From: Acidimicrobiia bacterium
GTDB lineage: Bacteria; Actinomycetota; Acidimicrobiia; Spongiisociales; ZC4RG35
DNA length: 64,000 bases
Assembly (NCBI GenBank): GCA_965203555.1
Contig: CBDBCY010000004.1
Span: forward strand, 2,144,001 to 2,208,000
Direction of reading: 5' to 3'
Shown here piece by piece: positions 27,717 to 36,401 of the stretch (its first letter is position 1; each line of letters begins with the position of its first letter). Both the position numbers and the translations under genes were made by a program. The notes beneath the pieces were generated by a model. The model ran no database searches and was not told the DNA's origin. It worked only from the letters and a program-made list of their open reading frames with translations.

Positions 27717-28337
27717 TCAGGAGATCGACCAGGTCCCTTCCCTTCCGCCCACTGTCCAGCCGTCCGGTCCCTCCCCGACACGGTATGTCAGCCAGAGTCC
27801 GCAGGTCCCCCCGCACCAGAGGTTTGCTCCTACAGTTGCCCCCTCACCATCGAAATCCGCAGGAGCCAGCGTGACGATGACGCTGCCAGGTATCACCGGC
27901 TCCAGTACATCCTCTCGCACGAATGCGTCCGGGTTACTGACGAACTCAACCGGCCCAAGATGCTCGATAGCGGCGATGATTGCCCGTCGTTGCTCGTTGC
28001 TGAGAAGCCGCTCCGTCTGGCGGCTGTTCATCGCATCTCCGGCGTAGGGATCGAGGTAGTCCACTATCAGGATGCGGGTGAATCGGTGATGAGGGCCGAA
28101 GGTGTTGTCGATCTCCACCAGTTGGCGCGTCACCGCCGCGTAGATCTGGATCTCCGCAGCTGGGCGCTCCTCTTCGGTCAGACCACCGCTCCCACACGCC
28201 GGTAGGAGAAGGAGACCTACCAGGGCGAAGCCCAAAACCGACGGAGATGGTGTTCTCCACCTGGCCGACGTCTTCGCCGAGTTATCAATGGCACGCGGCT
28301 CCGCAGTGGCTTCTCGCACCGGAGGAACTTCACCCAT
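27717..28337 (-). CDS. Hypothetical lipoprotein
   Basis: Hydrophobic stretch plus LPAC lipobox; C-terminal WCGGTCG motif. Start uncertain. Confidence 0.6.
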   Translation of the reverse strand: MGEVPPVREATAEPRAIDNSAKTSARWRTPSPSVLGFALVGLLLLPACGSGGLTEEERPAAEIQIYAAVTRQLVEIDNTFGPHHRFTRILIVDYLDPYAGDAMNSRQTERLLSNEQRRAIIAAIEHLGPVEFVSNPDAFVREDVLEPVIPGSVIVTLAPADFDGEGATVGANLWCGGTCGLWLTYRVGEGPDGWTVGGREGTWSIS

Positions 28338-28443
28338 ATCCGGTCAGTATGGCGGCCGCGGTGAAAGCACCATGCCTGTTGAATGGGGGGGTGTGGTCTG
28401 TCTTGGACGACGCCGCATGTCCGATCAGGTATTTTCACTTTGG

Positions 28444-29010
28444 ATGGCTCTGTTCGTGTCGCGCCGGGAGCGTCGCCTGTGGTCCTGGACGCTCGCCATT
28501 GTGGTGGCGATCTTTTCGACCCTGGGGGTGGCGGGGGCGATGGCCGAACAGCTTGCCGAAACCGGCCTTACCACGGTGGGCTTCGCCGGGGCGATGTTCC
28601 TGGTCGGGGTCACCGTGGTAGTCCAGGGGCTGAGGACCAAGCCGACCGGCGCCGAGATCGGCGTGGCGCTGGGGGTGGCGGTGGTCTATCTGATGGTGTT
28701 GCTTCGCATGGCGCTGGCGGAACGCAGCCACCTGATCGAATACGGGGTGGTGGCCTCCTTCATCTACGAGGCTTTGAAGGAGCGAGCCGGGCACGGTGGC
28801 AGGATCCCCGTCCCCTCCGTGCTGACGGTTCTGGCTACCGGGGTGGTGGGAGTGCTTGACGAATGCATTCAACTCTTGTTACCCAGCCGTCACTTCGACC
28901 CGGTCGACATGCTGTTCAATACCCTGGCAGGCCTGATGGCGGTGCTGGCGAGGGTGGCCCTGGCCCGAGCCAGACGCCGGAGATTTACCATCCCACCGGG
29001 ATCGGGCTAG
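28444..29010 (+). CDS. VanZ-like membrane protein
   Basis: Multiple TMs; ERSHLIEYG, LDECIQLLLPSRHFDPVDMLFN. Start uncertain. Confidence 0.8.
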   Translation: MALFVSRRERRLWSWTLAIVVAIFSTLGVAGAMAEQLAETGLTTVGFAGAMFLVGVTVVVQGLRTKPTGAEIGVALGVAVVYLMVLLRMALAERSHLIEYGVVASFIYEALKERAGHGGRIPVPSVLTVLATGVVGVLDECIQLLLPSRHFDPVDMLFNTLAGLMAVLARVALARARRRRFTIPPGSG

Positions 29011-29066
29011 GAACCGCCGCGGAGACCTGGAGACGGGCAGCAACCCACCTGATACTCTGGCGGCCT

Positions 29067-29846
29067 ATGGCTTCCGGTTTGGATTCTCGAAGAGCGGTGG
29101 TGACCGCCGGGGCGGGTGGTCTGGGGCTGGTGATCGCCAGTTCTTTGGCGGAAGCCGGGGCTACCACATTTGTGTGTGACATCGACGGGACCGCGGTGGC
29201 GGCTCTGCCCGCCTATCTCTACGGATGCACCGTGGACGTCGCAGACGCTGAGGCGGTAGCCGCCTGGCTTGATCCCATCGCAGCCGAAGGCGTTGACATC
29301 CTGGTGAACAACGCCGGCTCGGCGGGACCCACTGCCGCGGTGGAAGACGTTGATCCGGGGGAATGGCGAAGGTGCCTGGAAGTCTGTCTGTCAGCTCAGT
29401 TCTACTGCGCTCGGCGGGTGATTCCTGCCATGAAGCAGCGTGGTGGGGGCGCGATCGTGAACATCACCTCCACCGCAGGGTTGATGGGAATGCCCAATCG
29501 CACCCCTTACGTGGCCGCCAAGTTCGGGGTGGTCGGATTGACAAAGACTCTGGCGATGGAGTTGGGCCGGGACAACATCAGGGTGAACGCCATTGCTCCG
29601 GGGTCAATCACCGGCGAGCGGATGGACCGGGTGATCTCCGCCCACGCTGCCGCGGAAGGCATAACCGCCGGGGAGGCTCGTTCGGCGTACGTGCAGGGAA
29701 CCTCGATGGCCACCTTCGTCACGCCCCAGGAAGTGGCGGACCTGGTGCTGTACCTGGTCGGCCGTTCCGGGCGCCGCATCAGTGGACAGGTGATCTCTGT
29801 CGACGGCCACACCGAGACCTTGTTTCCCCGCATTCCCGACAGATGA
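29067..29846 (+). CDS. Short-chain dehydrogenase/reductase
   Basis: TAGAGGLG, LVNNAG, YVAAK, IRVNAIAPG, ISGQVISVDG. Confidence 0.92.
   Translation: MASGLDSRRAVVTAGAGGLGLVIASSLAEAGATTFVCDIDGTAVAALPAYLYGCTVDVADAEAVAAWLDPIAAEGVDILVNNAGSAGPTAAVEDVDPGEWRRCLEVCLSAQFYCARRVIPAMKQRGGGAIVNITSTAGLMGMPNRTPYVAAKFGVVGLTKTLAMELGRDNIRVNAIAPGSITGERMDRVISAHAAAEGITAGEARSAYVQGTSMATFVTPQEVADLVLYLVGRSGRRISGQVISVDGHTETLFPRIPDR
29775..29846 (+). repeat. Copy 1 of a diverged direct repeat (current 3' end of the SDR gene)
   Basis: CGCATCAGTGGACAGGTGATCTCTGTCGACGGCCACACCGAGACCT matches 32714-32759 at 38 of 46 positions by hand count. Confidence 0.8.
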
Positions 29847-29920
29847 GGTTTCTGGGAGGAAGTCGTCCCGGACTCATACGGGCAGGCCGCAGGACGAAAT
29901 CTCTGAAAGAGGGCTTGTAA

Positions 29921-31663
29921 TCAGGGGCTTCCCTCGACCTGGACCCTGATGATGTCCACGCCGTGGAATTTCTGGTGGCGCACGGTGGAAGAGTAGTGGC
30001 GCAACAGTCGGAGCGAGAGATCATCGACTGATGAAATGGTGGCTTCATCGGTTAGGAACGCCAGCTGGTCCTCGATGTTCTCATGGCGTGTCGTAGCGAC
30101 GAACTCAAGTTCCACCATCGTGCCCTGCGGCCGGGCGACCACGATGAGACGGGGAGTATCCATACCCTCGGTTTCTTCATTCTCCTCCGTCAGCAGGGTG
30201 GCGAGCGTTTCTTCGCCGGCTGACCGCAGCTGAAGCGTGGAGGCTTCGTTCCATGCCAGCCTGGATGCCAGTCGGGCCAGGAATTCGTCTATCGCCGGGA
30301 GCGACTCCATGGCCAGCGTCACCTCCAGGCGAGAGCGTCGGGTATTCATGGATTCGAGCAAAAGGGTCATCCCGATGGCGACGGTCGCCCCGATCGTGAC
30401 ACCGCTGCCGAGCAGGCTGCCCCACTCATCGCCCAGGAGGTCCCGCATGACAGAGTTTCCGTGGAGGCCCAATCCCAATGCACTCGCCAGCGCCACCACC
30501 AGCATGCGCTGGGGATTGAGGCCGTCGCGCAAGGTTGTCTTGCAGCCGTGGACGAAGAGAACGCCCATGGCGAGCATCAGGTAGGCGCCCAACACCGGTC
30601 TCGGGATCGTGAGCAGCGCAGCGGTGAACTTGGAGAAGAAGGCCAGTGCAACCGAGACGATCGCCACGCCGACGCCAACTCGACGAGCGGCGACGCCGGT
30701 TAGGTTGATCAGCGAGAGACTGTACGAGGAATTGGATATCGGAGGCAGCGTGCCGGCGATACCGGAGAGGAACATTCCGATGCCGTTGACGGTGACCATG
30801 CCCTGGATCCGACGGAAGTCAATGGCCCGCGGCTGTCGGCGGGAGCCCTGCTGAATCACCACACTGTCGCTGACTGTCTTGATCCCGAGCACCAGGGTGA
30901 GAATGGCGAGCGAGGGCAAGGCGATCCAAAACTCCGCGCCCGGAGTGAGATCCAAACTCAAGGTCGGCACCTGGGGTATGTCAAACCAGTTGGCATCCGC
31001 GATTCGGTCCGCATCAAGCACGCCGAATGCGGCAGCGACGGCGCATCCGGCCAGGATGCTGATGAACGGGGCGACCACGCGCCAACGTCCAGTGGTGCGT
31101 AGCGTCACAATCACCGAAACCAGCAGGGTTATACCGGCGATCACCGGGCCGGCGGCTGGCGGCGCGTCGGCCGGCAGGTCCCCGACGGTGTCGAAAGCAA
31201 TGGGCAAAACGCTGACGGCAATCAGCATCGTCACCGTCCCCGAGACCGCCGGTGTGACGATACGCCGCAGCGTCGGCAACCACCAGGCCAGCGCCACTTG
31301 GATCAGGCTGCAAACAACCAGCAGGCTGGCGAACGTCGCCGGTCCGGCTCTGGAGATCGTCGCCACCATGACGGCGATGAACATCGCCCCGGGCCATGTG
31401 AGTACCACATGACCCGCGCCGAATCGCGGGAGTTGAAACGCTTGCAACATCGTGATAACAGCAGAGATCAGCATTGCGGCGAAGACGCCCCACGTCAGAT
31501 AGCTGTCGTCGAGTCCCGAGGAGCGAATCGCGATCGCCACATGCATGACGGTCGGCGCCAGCACGAGCGCGGCGCCCTGGAATCCAACCAGCAATGCAAT
31601 CGAGGGAGGACAGGTCTCCTCGGGCTCGAATCGTATGGGCTGTTCGGTGTTACTGGCTGTCAA
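29921..31663 (-). CDS. NCS2/SLC23 (xanthine/uracil permease) family transporter with a C-terminal degenerate HATPase (RsbW-like) domain
   Basis: IRFEPEE..P, ITMLQ, TPAVSGTV, LTGVAARR, IPRPVLGA and many TMs, followed by a ~135-aa soluble extension. Confidence 0.8.
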   Translation of the reverse strand: MTASNTEQPIRFEPEETCPPSIALLVGFQGAALVLAPTVMHVAIAIRSSGLDDSYLTWGVFAAMLISAVITMLQAFQLPRFGAGHVVLTWPGAMFIAVMVATISRAGPATFASLLVVCSLIQVALAWWLPTLRRIVTPAVSGTVTMLIAVSVLPIAFDTVGDLPADAPPAAGPVIAGITLLVSVIVTLRTTGRWRVVAPFISILAGCAVAAAFGVLDADRIADANWFDIPQVPTLSLDLTPGAEFWIALPSLAILTLVLGIKTVSDSVVIQQGSRRQPRAIDFRRIQGMVTVNGIGMFLSGIAGTLPPISNSSYSLSLINLTGVAARRVGVGVAIVSVALAFFSKFTAALLTIPRPVLGAYLMLAMGVLFVHGCKTTLRDGLNPQRMLVVALASALGLGLHGNSVMRDLLGDEWGSLLGSGVTIGATVAIGMTLLLESMNTRRSRLEVTLAMESLPAIDEFLARLASRLAWNEASTLQLRSAGEETLATLLTEENEETEGMDTPRLIVVARPQGTMVELEFVATTRHENIEDQLAFLTDEATISSVDDLSLRLLRHYSSTVRHQKFHGVDIIRVQVEGSP

Positions 31664-31910
31664 TGGTCAACCAATCGCTCCATCGGTTTCCAGCAGAAAG
31701 GGCCCATGCACAATAAACCTGGATGGCGAGCCATCTTGTAGCGCAAAACCCTCTTAGCCATCGCACCTGTACATCGTTGCGACCAAACCAAAACCATCAG
31801 ACATTCCCTGAGCTATCCTTGGCAAATGTCCTCTCTCATCTTCTCGGATCGGCTCTCTCGGAACGTCGGGTCTGGAAGAAGGGCGGACTCTTAGAAGAAT
31901 AGGACGCACC

Positions 31911-32635
31911 ATGGACGCTTCACTGTTCCAACTCGAAGGCAAAAGGGCACTGGTTGTGGGAGGCGGCCCAAGGGCATAGGGGAGAGCACCGCCAGGCTCC
32001 TGGCCCGCGTGAACGTCCTTGAGGACGCCCAGGCGAAGGACATCGTGGAGCGGGCCGAGCGGGAACTTGGCGGCCTGGATCTGCTGGTTACGGTCGTCGG
32101 TCAAGCCTCCTTCAATCCGGTCCTCGACATGACGCCTGAGCAGTGGGATCGCGATCACCGCATGAACCTCCGCTACTTCTTTTCACCGCCAGGGAGGTCG
32201 CCCGATCGCTCATCGCTCGCGGCAAGCCCGGAGGCATTGTCTGCGTCTCCTCGGTGGGCCGGCCTGCAGTCGACCCCCAATCACGCCTCCTATGGCGCGG
32301 CCAAAGCCGGGCTTATCAATCTGGTGCGCAGCATGGCCGTCGAGTGGGCGCTCCACAACATCAGGGTCAATGCCATAGCTCCTGGCAGCATCATCACTCC
32401 ACGCATCCCGGCGACTCCGGAAAGGGAGGAGCGCACCCGGCGAGGGCTCATTCCCACCAAACGCCTGGGCACGGCGGATGAGGTCGGCAAGGCTGCACTC
32501 TTCCTGCTCTCCGACCTGGCGAGCTACGTCACAGGACATACCCTGGTCGTTGACGGAGGCTGGATGGCTGCCTACCTCCTTGGTATTCCAGCGGTTCCCT
32601 CAGCGGGCTTCCTCGACGTCACCACTGGCGGCTAG
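31911..32635 (+). pseudogene. SDR family oxidoreductase pseudogene
   Basis: MDASLFQLEGKRALVVGGG/QGIGESTARLLAR with frameshift and internal deletion; further paired frameshifts around RYFF and SSV. YGAAK, IRVNAIAPG and VTGHTLVVDGG are retained. Confidence 0.8.
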
Positions 32636-32704
32636 CGTCAGGTCTGTTCCGCTCTGCTCTTTCCTGCCGAAAGTGGTCGGGTTTCACGCCTCTTCGATAT
32701 GTCC

Positions 32705-34576
32705 TCAGGATGCCACATCAGCGGCCAGGTGATCTCCGTCGACCGCCACACCCAAACTTTCTATTCCCGTTCCTTGAACTAGTCCTGCCCGGTGGGTGCC
32801 CTTGAGACCTGCAGAGGTTTCCCAGGTACGTATAAGGTCGGCGAACGGACCGTCATGGCCGGCCAGGTCCTGGTAGCTGCCGTCTTCCACTACATGGCCG
32901 GCTTCCATGACCAGTACCCGGTCGGCGCGGCGGGCCGTCTGGAGGCGGTGAGCCACCACTATGGAGGTGCGGCCGGCCAGAAGAGTTTCCAGGGCCGTCT
33001 CGACTTGATTCTCCGTTTCCGGATCAAGGTTTGAGGTTGCTTCGTCCAAGATGACGATCGGCGGATTCACGACCAGCGCCCGGGTCAAGGCCACCAATTG
33101 TCGCTCTCCCGACGAGAGCCGGTTCCCCCGTTCCCGCATGGGTGTGTCCAGGCCTTCGGGGAGGCTGTCCACCCACTCGGAGATCCCGGCCGCCCGGCAG
33201 GCTTCCCACAACTTGTCGTCACTGATCTCCTCCTTTCCGAAACCCAGATTGAAACGCAGTGAATCTTCGAACAGGAAGCCTTCCTGGGGGACCAGGGCAA
33301 CCGATCGACGCAGGTCCGCAAAGCTGAGATCGCGAAGATCGATGCCGTCGAGAGTGATCGAGCCGGCCTGTGGATCGTGGAAGCGGGTGAGCAATTTGAC
33401 CAGGGTGCTCTTGCCCGATCCGGTGGCGCCGACCACCGCTACCCGCTGGCCGGTGGGGATCTGCAGGTCCATGTTGGTGATGATCTGTTCTCCGGGTTCG
33501 TAGCCGAACGTCACCTGGTGCAGGTCGATGTTTCCCTCCACCGGTGCGGAAAGGCGCCGGGGTTCGGTCGCCTCCTCAATGGCGGGCTGTTCATCGGCCA
33601 GTCCATACAGCTTGTAGAGGGCGGCTAGGGCGCCCTGCAGAAGGTTGTACACGTTGGCCAGTTGCACGATGGGCTCGAAGAACCAGTTGAGGTACAGCAG
33701 AAAGGCGATCAGCGACCCCAGCGTCATCTCTCCGTCGAGGACCCGGTTTCCTCCGATGAACAGGACCATCGCCAATCCTATGGCCCGCAGAACGTCCACT
33801 CTGGGAAAGTAGTTGACCACCGTCTTGGCGGCGTTCATGGCCTTTTGGTAGTACACCCTGTCTATGTCGGAGAATCGCTCTTCCTGCCGTTGTTCCTGCG
33901 CGTTGGCTTGAACTTCGCGAACCCCTGAGATGTTCTCCGACAGGGCGGCCAGCACCTTGGCGATCTGCCCCCGCCACTGCCGGTAGGCCTTCGCCGAATC
34001 ACGCCCGAAGCGGTAGGAAGCGAACAGGAGAAAAGGCATGAGCAGCATCACCAGGCCGGCCAGGAAGGGATCGACCACGAACAGGGCCACCGACACTCCC
34101 ACCACCATCAGGGTGCTGCCCACCACCGCCAAGGCGCCCTCGGAGGCAAAGATCTGCAGGGACTCGATATCGGAGGTAAGCCGGGAAACCAGCACTCCCG
34201 TCTTGGTCCTTCCGAAGAAGGCCATGTCCATTCTCAGCACATGAGCGTAGATCCTGGTGCGAAGATCCATCATGAACCTCTCGCCCATCCAGGCCACGGT
34301 GTAGAGCGTGATCCGAGTGGAGACGTACTGGGCAACCATTATCCCGGCGAACACCAGTGCCGCGGTGGTGATCACTGAAGTGTTCTGGGGGATGATCCCC
34401 CCGTCTACTCCTTCGCGGATCACCAGTGGTCCCGCCACTCGTGACAGTGTTGACACCAGGGCGGCCACCGCCGCTCCCGCGGCCGGCCAGGCCATGTAAC
34501 GGGCCGACCGCGCCGCCCGGCGGAGGAGGTTCAACCGGTCGGGGATGGGGTCGTCTGTTCCGTAGCGAGCGTACAT
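32705..34576 (-). CDS. ABC exporter, fused permease/ATPase (heterodimer subunit 2)
   Basis: Start ATG overlaps the upstream TAA. TMD plus GATGSGKST, LSSGERQL, ILDEATS. The longer 828-aa ORF call is an upstream overextension. Confidence 0.92.
   Translation of the reverse strand: MYARYGTDDPIPDRLNLLRRAARSARYMAWPAAGAAVAALVSTLSRVAGPLVIREGVDGGIIPQNTSVITTAALVFAGIMVAQYVSTRITLYTVAWMGERFMMDLRTRIYAHVLRMDMAFFGRTKTGVLVSRLTSDIESLQIFASEGALAVVGSTLMVVGVSVALFVVDPFLAGLVMLLMPFLLFASYRFGRDSAKAYRQWRGQIAKVLAALSENISGVREVQANAQEQRQEERFSDIDRVYYQKAMNAAKTVVNYFPRVDVLRAIGLAMVLFIGGNRVLDGEMTLGSLIAFLLYLNWFFEPIVQLANVYNLLQGALAALYKLYGLADEQPAIEEATEPRRLSAPVEGNIDLHQVTFGYEPGEQIITNMDLQIPTGQRVAVVGATGSGKSTLVKLLTRFHDPQAGSITLDGIDLRDLSFADLRRSVALVPQEGFLFEDSLRFNLGFGKEEISDDKLWEACRAAGISEWVDSLPEGLDTPMRERGNRLSSGERQLVALTRALVVNPPIVILDEATSNLDPETENQVETALETLLAGRTSIVVAHRLQTARRADRVLVMEAGHVVEDGSYQDLAGHDGPFADLIRTWETSAGLKGTHRAGLVQGTGIESLGVAVDGDHLAADVAS
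32714..32782 (+). repeat. Copy 2 of the diverged direct repeat (orphan SDR 3' end)
   Basis: Encodes HISGQVISVDRHTQTFYSRSLN* versus RISGQVISVDGHTETLFPRIPDR* at 29775-29846. Confidence 0.8.
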
Positions 34577-36327
34577 TATGGGTGAACCGGACTCGCTTCG
34601 GCCAGCAGTTCCCGGTAGCGGGGGACGGTGTCCCACAGTTGCTGGTGTTCGCCGAACGCCAGCACCCTTCCGCCCTCCAGGACAATGATCCGGTCGGCCA
34701 ATAGCAGGGTCGAAGTGCGATGTGCGATCACGATAGTGGTTCTGTGTTGCATCGCCTCGATCAACTCGGCGTGAATGTGAGCTTCTGTAATGGCGTCCAC
34801 CGCCGAAGTGGCGTCGTCGAGGATGAGGATGCGGGGATTTCCGACGATTGCTCTCGCCAGGGCCACCCGCTGACGCTGGCCCCCCGACAGGCTCAAACCC
34901 CTTTCGCCCACCACCGTGTCGTAGCCGTCCGGAAGGCCCTGTATGAATTCGTGAGCGTCGGCGATCCGGGCGGCGGCCACTATCCGGGAACGGTCGGCGT
35001 CGGGAGCGCCGAACGCGATGTTCTCCGCCACCGTGGCCGAGAACAGGAACGGTTCTTCGAAGGCGACGGCCACTTCCCGGCGCAATTCCGCCATGTCGAG
35101 AGCCCGGACATCCATCCCGTCGATCGACACGGCGCCCTCCTGGGGGTCGTAGAAGCGGGGGATCAGGTGGGCCAGGGTGGTCTTGCCGCATCCGGTGGCG
35201 CCGAACAGTGCCACACTGCTGCCCGCCGGGATGACCAGGTCGAGATCACCCAGCACCTTTTGTCCGTCGTAGGCGAAGGAGACCCCGTCGAATCGGATCT
35301 CTCCACCTCCCGGCGCCAAGCGAGTGGGGCGGTCGGGTCCCATGATGGATGGGGTGGTTTGCAGTAGCTCCACTATCCGGGCGCCGGCGGCCGAGCACCG
35401 GGGGAGTTCCGCGAAGAACCAGCCGGTCATGCGGATGGGGAAGGCGAGCACCACCAGGTACTGGGTGAACGCCACCAGGTCGCCGATGGTCATGTCGCCG
35501 TTCGCCACCCTGATCCCGCCCAGCCACAGGGCTGCCAGAGTAATTAGGGTGGGTATCAATTCGTACCAGGGCAGATAGAGCGATCGGAAGCGCGCCAGTC
35601 TCATCGACTTGGAAAAGATGTCAGCAGCGACCTGCTGGGCCCTTCGGGCTTCTCGCTCCTCCCTGCCGAATGCCTTCGTGACCGCGATTCCCGAGATACC
35701 CTCCTGGGCGAGTCTGCTCATCTCCGCCAGCGCCTGCTGCACTTCAAAGGAGATACCGGTGGTCTTTCGAGCGTACAGGATGGCAAATCCGACCATGACC
35801 GGCAGGGCCAATGCGGCCACCATGCCCATCACCGGATCCAGGACGAAGGCCATGACCACCACCATGGCCACGGTGATGATGTTGGCCAGGGTGATCGGCA
35901 GGATCATGTACACCAACCGAACCTGGGTGAGATCGGTGGAGGCGCGGGCCATCAGCGATCCTGCCGAGGAATGGTCGTAGAAGTCGAATCCCAGCCTCTG
36001 GATGGTGGAGAAGATTCGACCCCGCAGATCTATCTCATATCGGTAAGCCAGCTTGAAGGCGTACCAGCGCCGCCACGCGATGCTGGCCGCCCTCATCAGC
36101 CCGGCCAGCAACACGATCAACACCAGGGGAACGAGCAGGTTGGTTTGCCCCGCCTCGATTGCGTTGTCCACCACCAGCTTCTGCAGGTAGGGGTTCACAA
36201 CGGTGACCGCCATCCACACCAGCGCCGCCAGGATGGAGAAGATCACCAGGCGCGGGTAACGGAGAAACCCTGAAATGATCAGCCGCAGCCCCTTCCACAG
36301 ATCCGACCAGTCCCTGCGATTGTCCAT
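34576..36327 (-). CDS. ABC exporter, fused permease/ATPase (heterodimer subunit 1, degenerate Walker B Asp)
   Basis: TMD plus GATGCGKT, LSGGQRQR, ILDDATS. Confidence 0.93.
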   Translation of the reverse strand: MDNRRDWSDLWKGLRLIISGFLRYPRLVIFSILAALVWMAVTVVNPYLQKLVVDNAIEAGQTNLLVPLVLIVLLAGLMRAASIAWRRWYAFKLAYRYEIDLRGRIFSTIQRLGFDFYDHSSAGSLMARASTDLTQVRLVYMILPITLANIITVAMVVVMAFVLDPVMGMVAALALPVMVGFAILYARKTTGISFEVQQALAEMSRLAQEGISGIAVTKAFGREEREARRAQQVAADIFSKSMRLARFRSLYLPWYELIPTLITLAALWLGGIRVANGDMTIGDLVAFTQYLVVLAFPIRMTGWFFAELPRCSAAGARIVELLQTTPSIMGPDRPTRLAPGGGEIRFDGVSFAYDGQKVLGDLDLVIPAGSSVALFGATGCGKTTLAHLIPRFYDPQEGAVSIDGMDVRALDMAELRREVAVAFEEPFLFSATVAENIAFGAPDADRSRIVAAARIADAHEFIQGLPDGYDTVVGERGLSLSGGQRQRVALARAIVGNPRILILDDATSAVDAITEAHIHAELIEAMQHRTTIVIAHRTSTLLLADRIIVLEGGRVLAFGEHQQLWDTVPRYRELLAEASPVHP

Positions 36328-36401
36328 CAGAGGGAGGCTAATGGGCGATGCCGGCCCGGTTCCACGGGATTGGAGGCGCCGCCCATGGCGGACTCAAGGG
36401 A

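Noticed and set aside
34577-35191. N-terminal extension of the 828-aa ABC ORF
   Set aside because: Overlaps the upstream ABC gene; the coupled start is at 34576.
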